From Desulfosudaceae bacterium (GTDB taxonomy: Bacteria; Desulfobacterota; Desulfobacteria; Desulfobacterales; Desulfosudaceae), in the NCBI GenBank assembly GCA_963674745.2, contig CAXXDV010000001.1:1184001-1248000 (forward strand): a DNA stretch of 64,000 nt, read 5' to 3'. Positions 28,776-38,854 of the stretch are shown here, in pieces; positions within the stretch are counted from its first letter, which is position 1; every line of letters starts with the position of its first letter. The notes beneath the pieces were generated by a model. That model saw nothing but the letters and a program-made list of their open reading frames with translations, was not told the DNA's origin and made no database searches. The position numbers and the translations under genes were made by a program.

Positions 28776-29126
28776 ATGTCAGAAAAATTCGTTCATGAGA
28801 CAGATTCAGCCAAGTTTATATTCGACAAATCCAGCATTCCAGATGATCAAACAGAATCAGTCTATGCTGTAATAACCGCTCTGGAATCAGTCGTCGGATC
28901 TGTCCTCTGCAAGGCGTGCAATCAGAAATACCCGGTTGCTCAACTAACAAAAGAATCCATCGGGCACGGCTCAAATCCGTTTAAAACCAATCTAACCCAA
29001 AAGAAAGGAGGTTTTCTCAAAAACCTATTCAGCCGAAGACAAAAGCTCCCCGGCATGTATGGCGGCGTATGTTACAGATGCCCTCACGGCCATGAGCTCA
29101 TCTCGGCCCGGACCTGGATGACCTAA
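28776..29126 (+). CDS. Hypothetical Zn-ribbon protein
   Basis: CKAC and CPHGH; GGGGG RBS. Confidence 0.55.
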   Translation: MSEKFVHETDSAKFIFDKSSIPDDQTESVYAVITALESVVGSVLCKACNQKYPVAQLTKESIGHGSNPFKTNLTQKKGGFLKNLFSRRQKLPGMYGGVCYRCPHGHELISARTWMT

Positions 29127-29260
29127 AACCTTAAAGCCCAGTTCGTTTCGTAATCCCCAATATCACAAATCCCGTAGTACCCATTTCGCTCAACTTCCCT
29201 ATTAATCCATCATACTACAGCTGCATTTTCATTAATTCTTATTCAAAAAGGAGATGACCT

Positions 29261-29614
29261 ATGCTTAATACCATCATTCTTGCCGGCAATCTCGGCGAAG
29301 ACCCTAACAGTTTTTTCACCCCCAATGAAGGGACACATATCGTGACGTTTAATATGGCCTTCAATAATTACAAAGACAAGGTCGGCTGGATTAAAATCAA
29401 GTGTTTCGGCAAATTGGCGGAAATAGCCGAGAAGCATCTGGCGAAAGGCTCACGTATCGCGGTCACGGGCCGGCTGGAGCAGAACTCCTGGGAGACAGAA
29501 TCCGGGGAGAGAAGAAGTGCCTTTAGCATTACCGCAAGTGAATTAGAGTTTATACGTACCCCGGCTAACCAGCAGGACACCGGAACCGACAGTGGGGCGG
29601 ATGTGCCATTCTAA
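29261..29614 (+). CDS. ssb: Single-stranded DNA-binding protein
   Basis: LAGNLGEDP, KGSRIAVTGRL, acidic tail DVPF. Confidence 0.92.
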   Translation: MLNTIILAGNLGEDPNSFFTPNEGTHIVTFNMAFNNYKDKVGWIKIKCFGKLAEIAEKHLAKGSRIAVTGRLEQNSWETESGERRSAFSITASELEFIRTPANQQDTGTDSGADVPF

Positions 29615-29721
29615 AAGAGATGAAGTTAGCAAAAACAATAAATCAGATCACCATAATCCTGGCAGACGTTGTTGGAGGAGTGATCACAGCATGTTTAAAC
29701 AACAAATAAACAGGAGGAAAA

Positions 29722-30663
29722 ATGGCAAATCAAGATGCAAAAAGAAACGAAAAAGCACAACGTTTAAAGGTTATTCAGGTAAATGCTGATACCTTCTTTG
29801 TCGAATCTTCAGGAGGGCAGATCGCTTACCGTATCCAGTGCCATACAGACAGCTGTACCTGTGCATGTGGAGATTATGCCCGCAATATTAAAACAGACCC
29901 GGACTTCAAGTGTAAACACATTATTGCCTTGATGGATTCCATCCCTGATGGAGAAATCGAACCTGTTCGTTATCTGAACAAACAGAAGCCCAGGCTGAAA
30001 GAAAGCGCTATCATTCAGATAGATGGCAAAAATTTTGTGAACTATTCTGGGCTATTAGACCTCGCCCACCAAATCGGCATTGATAGGATTGAGGTGGAGA
30101 CCCTGCAACTGCCGACCAAGGACAATGATAATTTTGCCATTTGCCGGGCAACGGTAGTTTCCAAGACAGGCGGAACCTTTATTGACGTGGGTGACGCTGG
30201 CCCTCACAACTGCAATTCCAAAGTGGCCAAGCACCTGCTGCGACTTGCCTCAACACGCAGTATCGCCAGGGCCCTCAGGGCCATGACCAATATCGGTATG
30301 ACTTGCTTAGAGGAGTTGGATGGGCTTGATGATGTCATAGGAAAAGAAAAACCCAAAGCAAAGTCAAAGACAGCTCTCAAAAAGGTCAGCCCGGCCAAAA
30401 AAGCCGAGAAAAAGACAGAAGAGCCAAAGCAGCAAGCACCCGCAGCCACTAATTCAGGTGAACAAAAACCAGAACCTGATGCTGAAAATTTGCCCGCCAT
30501 GAGTGAGGCCCAGCGAAGAGCCATAGCAAATCTTTCAAGGCGTCGGGGGATCTCTCTGGAGGATGTAGAAAACATGGCTGACAAGTTGTATGCCAAGAAG
30601 CTCGATGCGCTGACGATTCCCGAAGCAAGCGCATTTATCAGGGAGCTCCAAACGGCGGCATAA
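29722..30663 (+). CDS. SWIM zinc finger + putative ssDNA-annealing (Rad52-like) domain protein
   Basis: CTCACGDY..CKH; GLLDLAH..GDA..LASTRSIARALR; C-terminal SEAQ..EASAFI domain. Confidence 0.65.
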   Translation: MANQDAKRNEKAQRLKVIQVNADTFFVESSGGQIAYRIQCHTDSCTCACGDYARNIKTDPDFKCKHIIALMDSIPDGEIEPVRYLNKQKPRLKESAIIQIDGKNFVNYSGLLDLAHQIGIDRIEVETLQLPTKDNDNFAICRATVVSKTGGTFIDVGDAGPHNCNSKVAKHLLRLASTRSIARALRAMTNIGMTCLEELDGLDDVIGKEKPKAKSKTALKKVSPAKKAEKKTEEPKQQAPAATNSGEQKPEPDAENLPAMSEAQRRAIANLSRRRGISLEDVENMADKLYAKKLDALTIPEASAFIRELQTAA

Positions 30664-30686
30664 CGGCAAACATCGTATTCATCATA

Positions 30687-30722
30687 GGGGACAGGCCAGA
30701 ACAAATGGTCTGTCCCTTTTTA
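30687..30722 (+). terminator. Intra-operon hairpin with T tract
   Basis: GGGACAGGCCA-GAACAAA-TGGTCTGTCCC-TTTTT. Confidence 0.6.
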
Positions 30723-30738
30723 ATTTGAGAGGTGGCTT

Positions 30739-31554
30739 ATGGATTTATCAACTTTACGGCAAATTCCGCATTTGTCGGCCAGTTCAATCGGGGAATATGT
30801 TGCGTGCTCATTAGCGTATAAGTTCGGAAAAATCGATAAGATTCCTTTTGAAAAACGGCCCGACGCCCTGGAGTTTGGAACGGTTATTCATGCGGTTCTG
30901 GAAGCGTATTATCAGGAAAAGATGATCGGTGAGTTAATGCCATTAAAGGATATTCTGGCTAATTTCGAAGACTGCTGGCGGGAAACTGCCGAAGACAATG
31001 ACGATATCGAATACTCGGCCGGCAAGGATTTTAACACTTACTTGATGCTTGGCAAAGACATGCTGACCGTCTGGCACAACAAACTGCCGGAAGATGAATA
31101 TACTATTATCGGTATAGAGCAGCCGTTTTCATTTACCCTTCCGGAAGTTCCCCTACCAATAATCGGTGCGATTGATCTGATAGAAGAAGACAAAGACGGC
31201 ACCATTATCATTACCGATTTTAAAACGGCCGGCCGGGCTTACAGTGCTTCGGAAGTTAATCGCAACTTTCAGCTTACCATTTATGATCTTGCCATAAAAC
31301 ACACCGGCTTTAGGAACAGGGAAACAGTTCTCAAATTCGATACGCTCATTAAAACTCAGAAACCGAAATTTCAACAATATTTCTCATCCCGCACGGCGAC
31401 GGATCATCAACGGGCCATAAGAAAGATTCAAGCGGTCTGGGATGGAATCAGTAAAGGAGTGTTTATACCAAACAATGAGGATTGGCGTTGTCCCAATTGC
31501 CAATTCAAGCAAGCCTGCGATGAATGGTTTTTGAGTAAAAAGGAGGCTGCCTGA
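30739..31554 (+). CDS. RecB/Cas4-like PD-(D/E)xK exonuclease with Fe-S cysteines
   Basis: LSASSI..C, FGTVIH, GAIDLI, TDFKT, QLTIY, CPNC..C. Confidence 0.88.
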   Translation: MDLSTLRQIPHLSASSIGEYVACSLAYKFGKIDKIPFEKRPDALEFGTVIHAVLEAYYQEKMIGELMPLKDILANFEDCWRETAEDNDDIEYSAGKDFNTYLMLGKDMLTVWHNKLPEDEYTIIGIEQPFSFTLPEVPLPIIGAIDLIEEDKDGTIIITDFKTAGRAYSASEVNRNFQLTIYDLAIKHTGFRNRETVLKFDTLIKTQKPKFQQYFSSRTATDHQRAIRKIQAVWDGISKGVFIPNNEDWRCPNCQFKQACDEWFLSKKEAA

Positions 31555-31562
31555 ACCGGCTT

Positions 31563-33416
31563 ATGAACAATACAATTTTACAGAAAGGAAAAGGCATGAA
31601 ATTAAACCCTGAACAGGAACGGGCCGCTACATTTACGGGAAAGAAGCTGTCTCTGATAGCCGTTCCCGGCTCGGGCAAGACCCTCACAATGATGGCTCGT
31701 ATCGCAAATTTAATTAACAACCATGATGTTGCCCCCGAAACCATTTTGGGCATGACATTTACCAGAAACGCGGCAGAAGAAATGAGGAACCGTCTGTTCT
31801 CCTTGATCGGCGACAAGGCCTCCCGGGTATATCTTTCTACCATCCATGCTTTCTGTCACAGGCTGTTAAGATCGGAAGGCCGTGTGTTCAACATGATATC
31901 AGGCAAGGAGCAAATCATTTATCTAAAAAATATCATAAGGCGTTTAAGTATAAATGACATATCCGTTGGCACGGCTATTCGGGAGATCAGCTTGGCTAAA
32001 AACAACCTGGTCATGATCGAGGAGTTTGAAAAAATGTATGAGGGCGATCAAACCATGACCAGCGTTTCCAGGGTCTATAGCGATTATGACGCCATGAAAG
32101 AAGGTGACATGCTTTTGGATTTTGACGACCTGCTGGTTCATACATGGTTGCTGTTGCGGGATGATGAGGACGTAAGAGATAAGTATCGCCGGATATTTCA
32201 AAACGTATTAATCGATGAATTTCAGGATGTTAACCCGGCTGAGGTCGAAATCTTAAAGCTTTTATGTTCGGACCCGGACTCAAATATGTTCTGTGTAGGT
32301 GATGACGCGCAGAGCATCTATGGGTTCACCGGGGCATCGGTCGGCAATATTTTAAACTTTGATGTCATTTTCCCTGGTGCTGTCAGGATGGTCATGAATT
32401 TGAATTACAGATCCACTCCCCAGATATTAACAGCGGCCCAAAGACTGATCAGCCATAACCAGAGAAGGATAAATAAAGAGATAAACTTCACAAATCCAGA
32501 TGGGAATAAGGTCATGGTTTTAGAATCGTCATCTGAAGAAAGTGAAGCCCAAATGATTGTCAACGAAATACAGGACCTGATAGGCCGTCATGATTATCTC
32601 TATTCAGAGATTGCCTGCCTGTACAGGGCTAACTTTCAAAGCAGACTGCTGGAGGATGCGTTTTTACAGCACAAAATCCCATACCATATAATAAATGGCC
32701 TTAGTTTTTACGCTCGCTACGAGGTAAAAATTCTGCTGGATTATCTGAGAGTGGTTTTTGATCCGCTATCCGTATCTGGTGATGAGGCTCTGGTCAACAT
32801 CCTAAATGTCCCCAACCGCTATATCGGCCGAAAATTTATACAGGAACTGGAGTCTTTTGCGACGGATAAAGGTATCCATCTTTATGAGGGGTTGCAGACA
32901 ATGATTATCAAGCTTCCCTATTTGCGAAAGAACATTCGGGACTTCATCGGTTTTATGGCCCCTTTAATTGAGGATTCTGGCAACCTTCGGCCGGCGGAAG
33001 TAATCCGGTTGATAAGATTATCCATGGATATGGATCGGTTTATATGTGACGAGGACATACCGTCCGCGGACGATTCTAAAATAGCCAATATTGATCAGCT
33101 TCAAATGGCGGCAGCCAGATTCAATGATATAGGTTCGTTTTTGCAGTATGCCGATTCATTTAAAGACGAACCAGGATGTGAAGGCGACAAGGAGGGTGTC
33201 AACCTGATGACGATCCATAAGTCAAAGGGGCTGGAGTTCAGGGCTGTCTTTATCCCGGGAATGGTGACCGGAATTATGCCCTCAAAACGCGGTGAGCTGG
33301 AGGAAGAAAGAAGAGTCTGCTTTGTCGCTATAACCCGGGCCATGGAACTGCTGTATCTAAGTTTCAGCCATACCTATTTGGGGGCAATCGGCAGAAAAAT
33401 CGCTCTTTATCAATGA
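31563..33416 (+). CDS. UvrD/PcrA-family SF1 helicase (probable 3' frameshift)
   Basis: PGSGKT, IDEFQD, VGDDAQSIYGF, NYRS, TIHKSKGLEF, EEERR..VAITRA. Confidence 0.92.
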   Translation: MNNTILQKGKGMKLNPEQERAATFTGKKLSLIAVPGSGKTLTMMARIANLINNHDVAPETILGMTFTRNAAEEMRNRLFSLIGDKASRVYLSTIHAFCHRLLRSEGRVFNMISGKEQIIYLKNIIRRLSINDISVGTAIREISLAKNNLVMIEEFEKMYEGDQTMTSVSRVYSDYDAMKEGDMLLDFDDLLVHTWLLLRDDEDVRDKYRRIFQNVLIDEFQDVNPAEVEILKLLCSDPDSNMFCVGDDAQSIYGFTGASVGNILNFDVIFPGAVRMVMNLNYRSTPQILTAAQRLISHNQRRINKEINFTNPDGNKVMVLESSSEESEAQMIVNEIQDLIGRHDYLYSEIACLYRANFQSRLLEDAFLQHKIPYHIINGLSFYARYEVKILLDYLRVVFDPLSVSGDEALVNILNVPNRYIGRKFIQELESFATDKGIHLYEGLQTMIIKLPYLRKNIRDFIGFMAPLIEDSGNLRPAEVIRLIRLSMDMDRFICDEDIPSADDSKIANIDQLQMAAARFNDIGSFLQYADSFKDEPGCEGDKEGVNLMTIHKSKGLEFRAVFIPGMVTGIMPSKRGELEEERRVCFVAITRAMELLYLSFSHTYLGAIGRKIALYQ

Positions 33417-33560
33417 GGCCTTGGGGCAGGATGAACAAGAGGTCAAAGCATCCGCTTAAACTGTCCCAACCATTCATAAGCACCCGTTCTTATCAGTCTT
33501 AACCCATAGGGTATTAAATATTTTTAACCGTGCATAACCAGCATGAGAAAGGAGAATCGT

Positions 33561-34067
33561 ATGTCATTTGAAATGTTGCATTTCAATGATGCAGAGAACG
33601 TGTTTAACAAGAAAAAATTAACCAAGGATATCCAGCTCACATTGGAATACGTTGATGAGACGCTTCACGGCCGAAGCTATCGTGGCGAGCTTTTGCGGCA
33701 GGCGCTCTCGGATATGGACTGGCGAAATGGAGACCTTAGCATCATCCAAGGAAGGCGCTATTATTATAAAGGCCTCAAGGATTGCGTCGCCATTGACGGG
33801 TCGTTCTCCTGCTATGAATATCTTCTGACCGGATTGTTTCGGCTGCAAATTGGATTCGTCAAGGGAACTGTGGATGCAGGTATTCTTATGCTACCGTCCA
33901 ATCGGGGAGAAAAATCACCTTTAGGCACTACGGCTCAGATTGTGTCCATGGAGATCAAAATTATTAATCAAAGTATAACCGTGCCGGTTTGTATCTGCCT
34001 GTTTGACCTTGGTGTTACCAGCATTCCGGAAGAAGACCAGGACGAAAAAGAATCCATCTCTTCATAA
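33561..34067 (+). CDS. Divergent BglII/BstYI-like restriction-endonuclease-fold protein
   Basis: KDCVAIDGSF..LQIGF..VDAGIL resembles this fold, but the active site looks degenerate; AAGGAG RBS before MSFEM. Confidence 0.45.
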   Translation: MSFEMLHFNDAENVFNKKKLTKDIQLTLEYVDETLHGRSYRGELLRQALSDMDWRNGDLSIIQGRRYYYKGLKDCVAIDGSFSCYEYLLTGLFRLQIGFVKGTVDAGILMLPSNRGEKSPLGTTAQIVSMEIKIINQSITVPVCICLFDLGVTSIPEEDQDEKESISS

Positions 34068-34320
34068 ACAATCCTGCCTGTTTCAATCATTTCCCTCGCA
34101 TAGATAGCGAAACACATCCAGAACCAAAAAAGAAACAATCCCTTCCAGAATCGTTCCCTTCTGAAAGTCCGGATCGGGAGAGAACGTTACTGACTAAGTA
34201 AAATTGAAACAAACCGGGGATTATGACGATGGGGTCAGTTTGTATCCGGCCCGCTTTTTACGTCCTGATCCCCGGTTTTAAACACAAGAATCAAACTAAA
34301 ACTTTGAAAGGAAAAAGCTT

Positions 34321-35256
34321 ATGAAAAACATGACCACACTTGCAGAAGTATCGGACAGGGTCGATCAGATGGGAGAGCATTGTTTTGATCGGACCGTTAA
34401 CGTTTCTGATATTTCGTTTGCCGACCTTGAACATGTCAATATCGCGGGAGATACTTATCCTATTACGCCACTTGCCCAAAGATCGTTCGCCAATAGATTG
34501 GGAATACCCTACCAGTACCTGGCCCGCTGTCCTGCAGAAATCCAGGCGTATAACATGAACCACTGGATTAAAGAAGAACCCAACCCCGAACTGTTTTTCC
34601 GATTCAATGGCCAGGAAGTTCGGGCACTGTTTACAACTAAATACCAGCCAATCGACCACTTCGAAATATTAGAACGAATTGATGCCCTGGGCTACGGGCC
34701 CGACACACAGGTGCAATGTAATTTGGATGATGCATTTATGAGCCTGTCTATACCGGATAAGGAGTATGCGTTCAAAATAAATAAAAAGGACGAACATATT
34801 CCGGGTATATCCATCTCCAATTCTGAAGTTGGCCTGGCTTCGTTATCCGTTGCCGCATATATTCTGCGTTTAGTTTGCTCGAATGGCCTCGTACGCAAGA
34901 CAGAGATATCCGGAAAATCATATCGTCATGTATCCGCAAAGGTTTTGGAAGACCTTCCCCAAACCATCAATATGGTTCGCCTGGACCTGGATAATCAAAA
35001 ATCGCAATTCCTTATATCTTTGCAATATTCGATTGAACATCCCCATGCGTTTATCGAGCACACAAACCGTCAATACCAGTTGAGTCCGCCGGAGAAGGAC
35101 GCTGTGGAATGGTCCGTACCTATGGAGCTGGGCAACACAATGTTCCATGTGATTAACACCTATACCAAGGCCTCGCAATTCCCGGCGCTGTCAGCAGAAG
35201 CCAGCTACAAGCTCCAGAGAATCGGCGGCAGTCTTTTGGATACGGTCAGAAACTAA
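34321..35256 (+). CDS. DUF932-family protein
   Basis: GISISNSEVG..LRLVCSNG motif. Confidence 0.8.
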   Translation: MKNMTTLAEVSDRVDQMGEHCFDRTVNVSDISFADLEHVNIAGDTYPITPLAQRSFANRLGIPYQYLARCPAEIQAYNMNHWIKEEPNPELFFRFNGQEVRALFTTKYQPIDHFEILERIDALGYGPDTQVQCNLDDAFMSLSIPDKEYAFKINKKDEHIPGISISNSEVGLASLSVAAYILRLVCSNGLVRKTEISGKSYRHVSAKVLEDLPQTINMVRLDLDNQKSQFLISLQYSIEHPHAFIEHTNRQYQLSPPEKDAVEWSVPMELGNTMFHVINTYTKASQFPALSAEASYKLQRIGGSLLDTVRN

Positions 35257-35273
35257 CCAGCTAGGAGGTTATC

Positions 35274-35483
35274 ATGCCGATTATCGTATGGTGGATGGTT
35301 GCAGTCGCAATCGGAATATTGGCGGCCAGGGTAGCCATTGATGAACAGACTCCGGTGGAACAAGTTGCAAATCCCATTACACAGATATGTGGCGGGAGCC
35401 TGGAAGTCATTAGCTATGGCATTGTACTCGCGCTCATAATCTTGGTGCTGGGTTATGTCTTCAAACGGAATGGAAAGGGGTGA
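35274..35483 (+). CDS. Small membrane protein
   Basis: AGGAGG RBS; two hydrophobic segments. Confidence 0.55.
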   Translation: MPIIVWWMVAVAIGILAARVAIDEQTPVEQVANPITQICGGSLEVISYGIVLALIILVLGYVFKRNGKG

Positions 35484-36057
35484 TCTGTTGAAACAAACTG
35501 TTGTAGCAATGGTAAGTGTTATGATTGTACTCTTGCTGGTCGGTATGGGGCGGCGCCCGTCAGATGATTATATAAAAGGCTATCAGGACGCCATTGAGTT
35601 TGTCGAGAATCAATCCCGGGAATTTAGAAACGATCTGAAATCAGGTCTCGAAACCCAACTGATATGGTACGCCATCATCATTGTCAGTGTGACTCTCTGG
35701 GGATCGGAAGTCGGGGAATGGGTAAGGGCCAGAATAAAAAACTGGTTCAGGTTAACAACAGAAGCCCAGGTAAAAATCGCCTTGACGGTTTACGGTCTGA
35801 TTATCGCAGGCATTCTGATCTGTTTTCTCGGTACAACCGGTATTTCAGAAAAAATGATCATGCCTATATTGATTCTGCTGGCCGCCAGTCTTATCCCCTT
35901 TATTCGTTATGTCCGTAACCTTGGTAAGGATAACGTCGGCGAGCTTAAGTTAAACCTGGTAAAGGTCAAACAGTTCATTATCATGGCGCTGGTAATCTTG
36001 ATTCTGTATCAAATCCTATCTGACAGCGGATTCCTTGGGATAAAGATCGGCGGGTAA
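35455..36057 (+). CDS. Multi-pass membrane protein
   Basis: About five hydrophobic helices. Confidence 0.6.
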   Translation: MSSNGMERGDLLKQTVVAMVSVMIVLLLVGMGRRPSDDYIKGYQDAIEFVENQSREFRNDLKSGLETQLIWYAIIIVSVTLWGSEVGEWVRARIKNWFRLTTEAQVKIALTVYGLIIAGILICFLGTTGISEKMIMPILILLAASLIPFIRYVRNLGKDNVGELKLNLVKVKQFIIMALVILILYQILSDSGFLGIKIGG

Positions 36058-36071
36058 AATCAGGAGGTGAT

Positions 36072-36578
36072 GTGTTGATGCAAGAACAGCAGTTTTGGCG
36101 GGATCTGAAATCCGGTAAATTCGCCTCGATGGTAAAAGAATCTTCACGGGGCCAGGAGATCAATAATGCTAAGGACGTGTTCAATATAATGAGGCCATTG
36201 TTTGCTGAAAACGATGACGTGGAAACAATCTACTGCATCTTTCTAGACAGCAAAAATAAGATTATTGCCACAAAAAAAATGTTTTCTGGAACCATCGGCC
36301 AGACAGCTGTTTTTCCCCGTGAGATTGTTAAGCAGGTTATCGCTTTTAAATCAACAGCTGTTGTAATGATTCACAATCATCCCAGCAATGACCCCTCACC
36401 ATCAAAAGAGGATAAGCAAATGACGATTTCCGTATGGGTGGCCTTAAGAAGTGTTCAGGTAACTTTCCATGACCATATCATCGTTGGGAAAGGATATTAC
36501 AGCTTTAGTGATGAGGGGTTCTTTGAATCCCTGGACGATGAGTTCAGGCATTTTTTAAGAACACGTAAAATCAAATAA
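36072..36578 (+). CDS. radC: RadC-like JAB domain protein
   Basis: E..IFLD..N, GTI..VFPREIV, HNHPS..PS..D, HDHIIVG. Confidence 0.88.
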   Translation: MLMQEQQFWRDLKSGKFASMVKESSRGQEINNAKDVFNIMRPLFAENDDVETIYCIFLDSKNKIIATKKMFSGTIGQTAVFPREIVKQVIAFKSTAVVMIHNHPSNDPSPSKEDKQMTISVWVALRSVQVTFHDHIIVGKGYYSFSDEGFFESLDDEFRHFLRTRKIK

Positions 36579-36591
36579 GGAGAATTAGCCT

Positions 36592-36792
36592 ATGATAAAG
36601 CCTAAAGAAAAACCAATTGTCAGGCTTAGCGGCCATGACGGTAATGCTTTTGCCATCATGGAGCGTGTAAAACGAGCGTTACAAAGCGCGGGTGCGGACA
36701 AGGAATATATTGACCGGTATATGAAAGAAGCGATGTCCGGTGATTATAACCATCTTTTATTGGTTAGCATGGACTATGTTGCCGTAGAATAA
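36592..36792 (+). CDS. Small hypothetical protein
   Basis: AAGGAG RBS; LSGHDGNAFAIM..SGDYNHLL. Confidence 0.7.
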   Translation: MIKPKEKPIVRLSGHDGNAFAIMERVKRALQSAGADKEYIDRYMKEAMSGDYNHLLLVSMDYVAVE

Positions 36793-36806
36793 AGGAGAAA
36801 ACGAGT

Positions 36807-37076
36807 ATGAATAATGATCGTGTTGAGAACTGGCGCCGTTTCTCTGCGCATATGGAGCAGTACATTCAGGAGCAAACTATCGAGAAATACAAGATGGATG
36901 AGGACAAGGGGATTGACCTTATGAGCATATCGAAGCCTGAAATCTGCGTTTGGAATATTCTTCGATATGCCCTGCGGATGTGGAATGGAAAAAAGAAACC
37001 CCATGATATTGAGAAGGTAGCCCATTACGCTGAGATGTCATGGACGTTACTCGGCGGAGAACAAAAAGATAGCTAA
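36807..37076 (+). CDS. Hypothetical protein
   Basis: AAGGAG RBS; NILRYALR..DIEKVAHYA; a decayed copy lies near 42.3 kb. Confidence 0.7.
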   Translation: MNNDRVENWRRFSAHMEQYIQEQTIEKYKMDEDKGIDLMSISKPEICVWNILRYALRMWNGKKKPHDIEKVAHYAEMSWTLLGGEQKDS

Positions 37077-37097
37077 ATAGTTGATTGTTATCTGCAA

Positions 37098-37135
37098 TAA
37101 AAATACCCCTCAAGTAGGTTGAGGGGTATTTTTTT
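37098..37135. terminator. Bidirectional intrinsic terminator
   Basis: AAAAATACCCCTCAA-GTAGG-TTGAGGGGTATTTTT between convergent operons. Confidence 0.8.
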
Positions 37136-37153
37136 GTATGATTATATTGTTTA

Positions 37154-38044
37154 TTAAAACAATTCTACAGTACGTATAATCGAAGGAGACGACTTATCCA
37201 CTTCTAGTTTATCATTATTTCGTCTGAGAAAATTGTTTGGGGTAGATTCCATTTTTAAAGACTTAAGGGCATCGCATCTTTCTGCGGAAATCGTCTTCAG
37301 CTTTTCCGGGATCAGGTTTATAAAATTTAAAAGGCGGAAAACAGGAATAATATAAGCAAAGCCTCTATTCTCATCTCGCGTTTTTCCGTGGACAATACCG
37401 ACTAGTTGGTCAGGTTCCCCTTCGATAAAAACACCGCTGCCAGAATAGCCCGGTGTTGTTACAGCATCGCTAATCATTAAAACACCAAGATCTTCCATCA
37501 ACCAGAAACCTGATATTATACCTCTGCTCATCGCACCATAAAAGGGCTTGCCAGGCTGGCCAAACATAACGATGGAGGTTCCGACTTTTTGATCATTCGT
37601 AACGGGTTGGGCAATATCAAACCCTCCAATATTAATCATCAACAAGGCAGCGTCATTCTCAGGACTTTCATCAATAATTTGAGCTTCAATATCAGACGAA
37701 GAATCCATGGCCCGGCATGGATTGCTGGACCATGGACGTACATAAATTTTTTGCGCTTTATTAACAAGGTGGCTGCTTGTCAATAAAACCGACTGCCTCT
37801 TGTCGGAGAAAACTGAAACAGCAATTCCTCTTTCCAAAAGTAATTTGCCATTTTCTATTCTTTCAGCATATACAAAAAAGGAATTTGTTCTATGAGGTTC
37901 TCCGGCTTTTCCATCATACATAGATTCATCCATATTAGTTAAGCTATGTGTCGATATGGGGTGGTCTTTGTTTGATGTAATGAGAGAACAAGCTGGTGTG
38001 ACCAAGAGCATAATCAGAAAAACAATTAATGTATAGGGTCTCAT
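37154..38044 (-). CDS. Trypsin-like serine protease, lipoprotein
   Basis: Lipobox-like TPAC; triad TSSH, NDAALL, GYSGSG. Confidence 0.82.
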   Translation of the reverse strand: MRPYTLIVFLIMLLVTPACSLITSNKDHPISTHSLTNMDESMYDGKAGEPHRTNSFFVYAERIENGKLLLERGIAVSVFSDKRQSVLLTSSHLVNKAQKIYVRPWSSNPCRAMDSSSDIEAQIIDESPENDAALLMINIGGFDIAQPVTNDQKVGTSIVMFGQPGKPFYGAMSRGIISGFWLMEDLGVLMISDAVTTPGYSGSGVFIEGEPDQLVGIVHGKTRDENRGFAYIIPVFRLLNFINLIPEKLKTISAERCDALKSLKMESTPNNFLRRNNDKLEVDKSSPSIIRTVELF

Positions 38045-38055
38045 GTTATACCTCG

Positions 38056-38826
38056 TTATTGATTATGTATTGTGATCGTTACGCGGGCAATACGGTAGTT
38101 TACGCCACGACTTTGAACAACGCCTACCTCAAAGAACTTCTGGATATTTCTTACACTTTCATGTGCACTTTTCAGATATGCCATGAGGCCATAGCTTCGT
38201 AATGCTGCGAGTTCCTCATTGCTGATGGTTTGCCCTGGTCTAATCTTAAATTCAGTGGGATATCCGTTCAGTGTTGTCTCGTTTCTGGACATATTCACAA
38301 TGCCCCATTCGCCCCGGTAATAAAGAGGCCGGCGAATTGGTGTTCCGTCAGCCTGCCCGCTGAACGTTGCACGGATAAAATATTTTCTCATGCCTTCCCT
38401 CTCAAGACGATTTGTGACATCGGCAATCGCCTCACCGACAAGATTTGTAAACTGAAGCGCTTCGCGTTTGTTCAGTAATCTTGTAGATTCCGCTGCCAGG
38501 TCATACTCTCCAAGAGGGAACATAACCGTTGGGGATGACCATACCAGGTCGATTTGTGCACCGTTTGATGTAGGCGTACAGGTAATATCAAAATCTGAAT
38601 TGGGATAATTTTTTGAATAGTATGGATTTTGACGGTAATTCAATTTGATTTGACGGGTTGTGCCTTCACCAATCAGGTATGCTCGGTTCTGGTACGAAGC
38701 GCCTCTATAATATCTCAGTGGGGAGCCATTTTGGGGATTGGTATTTGCAAGCATAAATTCATTTAATGAACTGCACCCGCTTAAGTAACAAGCCATTAAC
38801 AACATAATGATTATTTTATGTTTCAT
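38056..38826 (-). CDS. Lipoprotein with OmpA-like C-terminal domain
   Basis: LSGC lipobox; GQADG..NEELAALRS..YRIARVTI resembles the OmpA_C motifs. Confidence 0.6.
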   Translation of the reverse strand: MKHKIIIMLLMACYLSGCSSLNEFMLANTNPQNGSPLRYYRGASYQNRAYLIGEGTTRQIKLNYRQNPYYSKNYPNSDFDITCTPTSNGAQIDLVWSSPTVMFPLGEYDLAAESTRLLNKREALQFTNLVGEAIADVTNRLEREGMRKYFIRATFSGQADGTPIRRPLYYRGEWGIVNMSRNETTLNGYPTEFKIRPGQTISNEELAALRSYGLMAYLKSAHESVRNIQKFFEVGVVQSRGVNYRIARVTITIHNQ

Positions 38827-38854
38827 AATTCTTTCCTCCCGATTTTAATGATTT

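Noticed and set aside
30739..31554. Cas4-like nuclease as a sign of CRISPR-Cas
   Set aside because: No repeat-spacer array or other cas genes seen in the window
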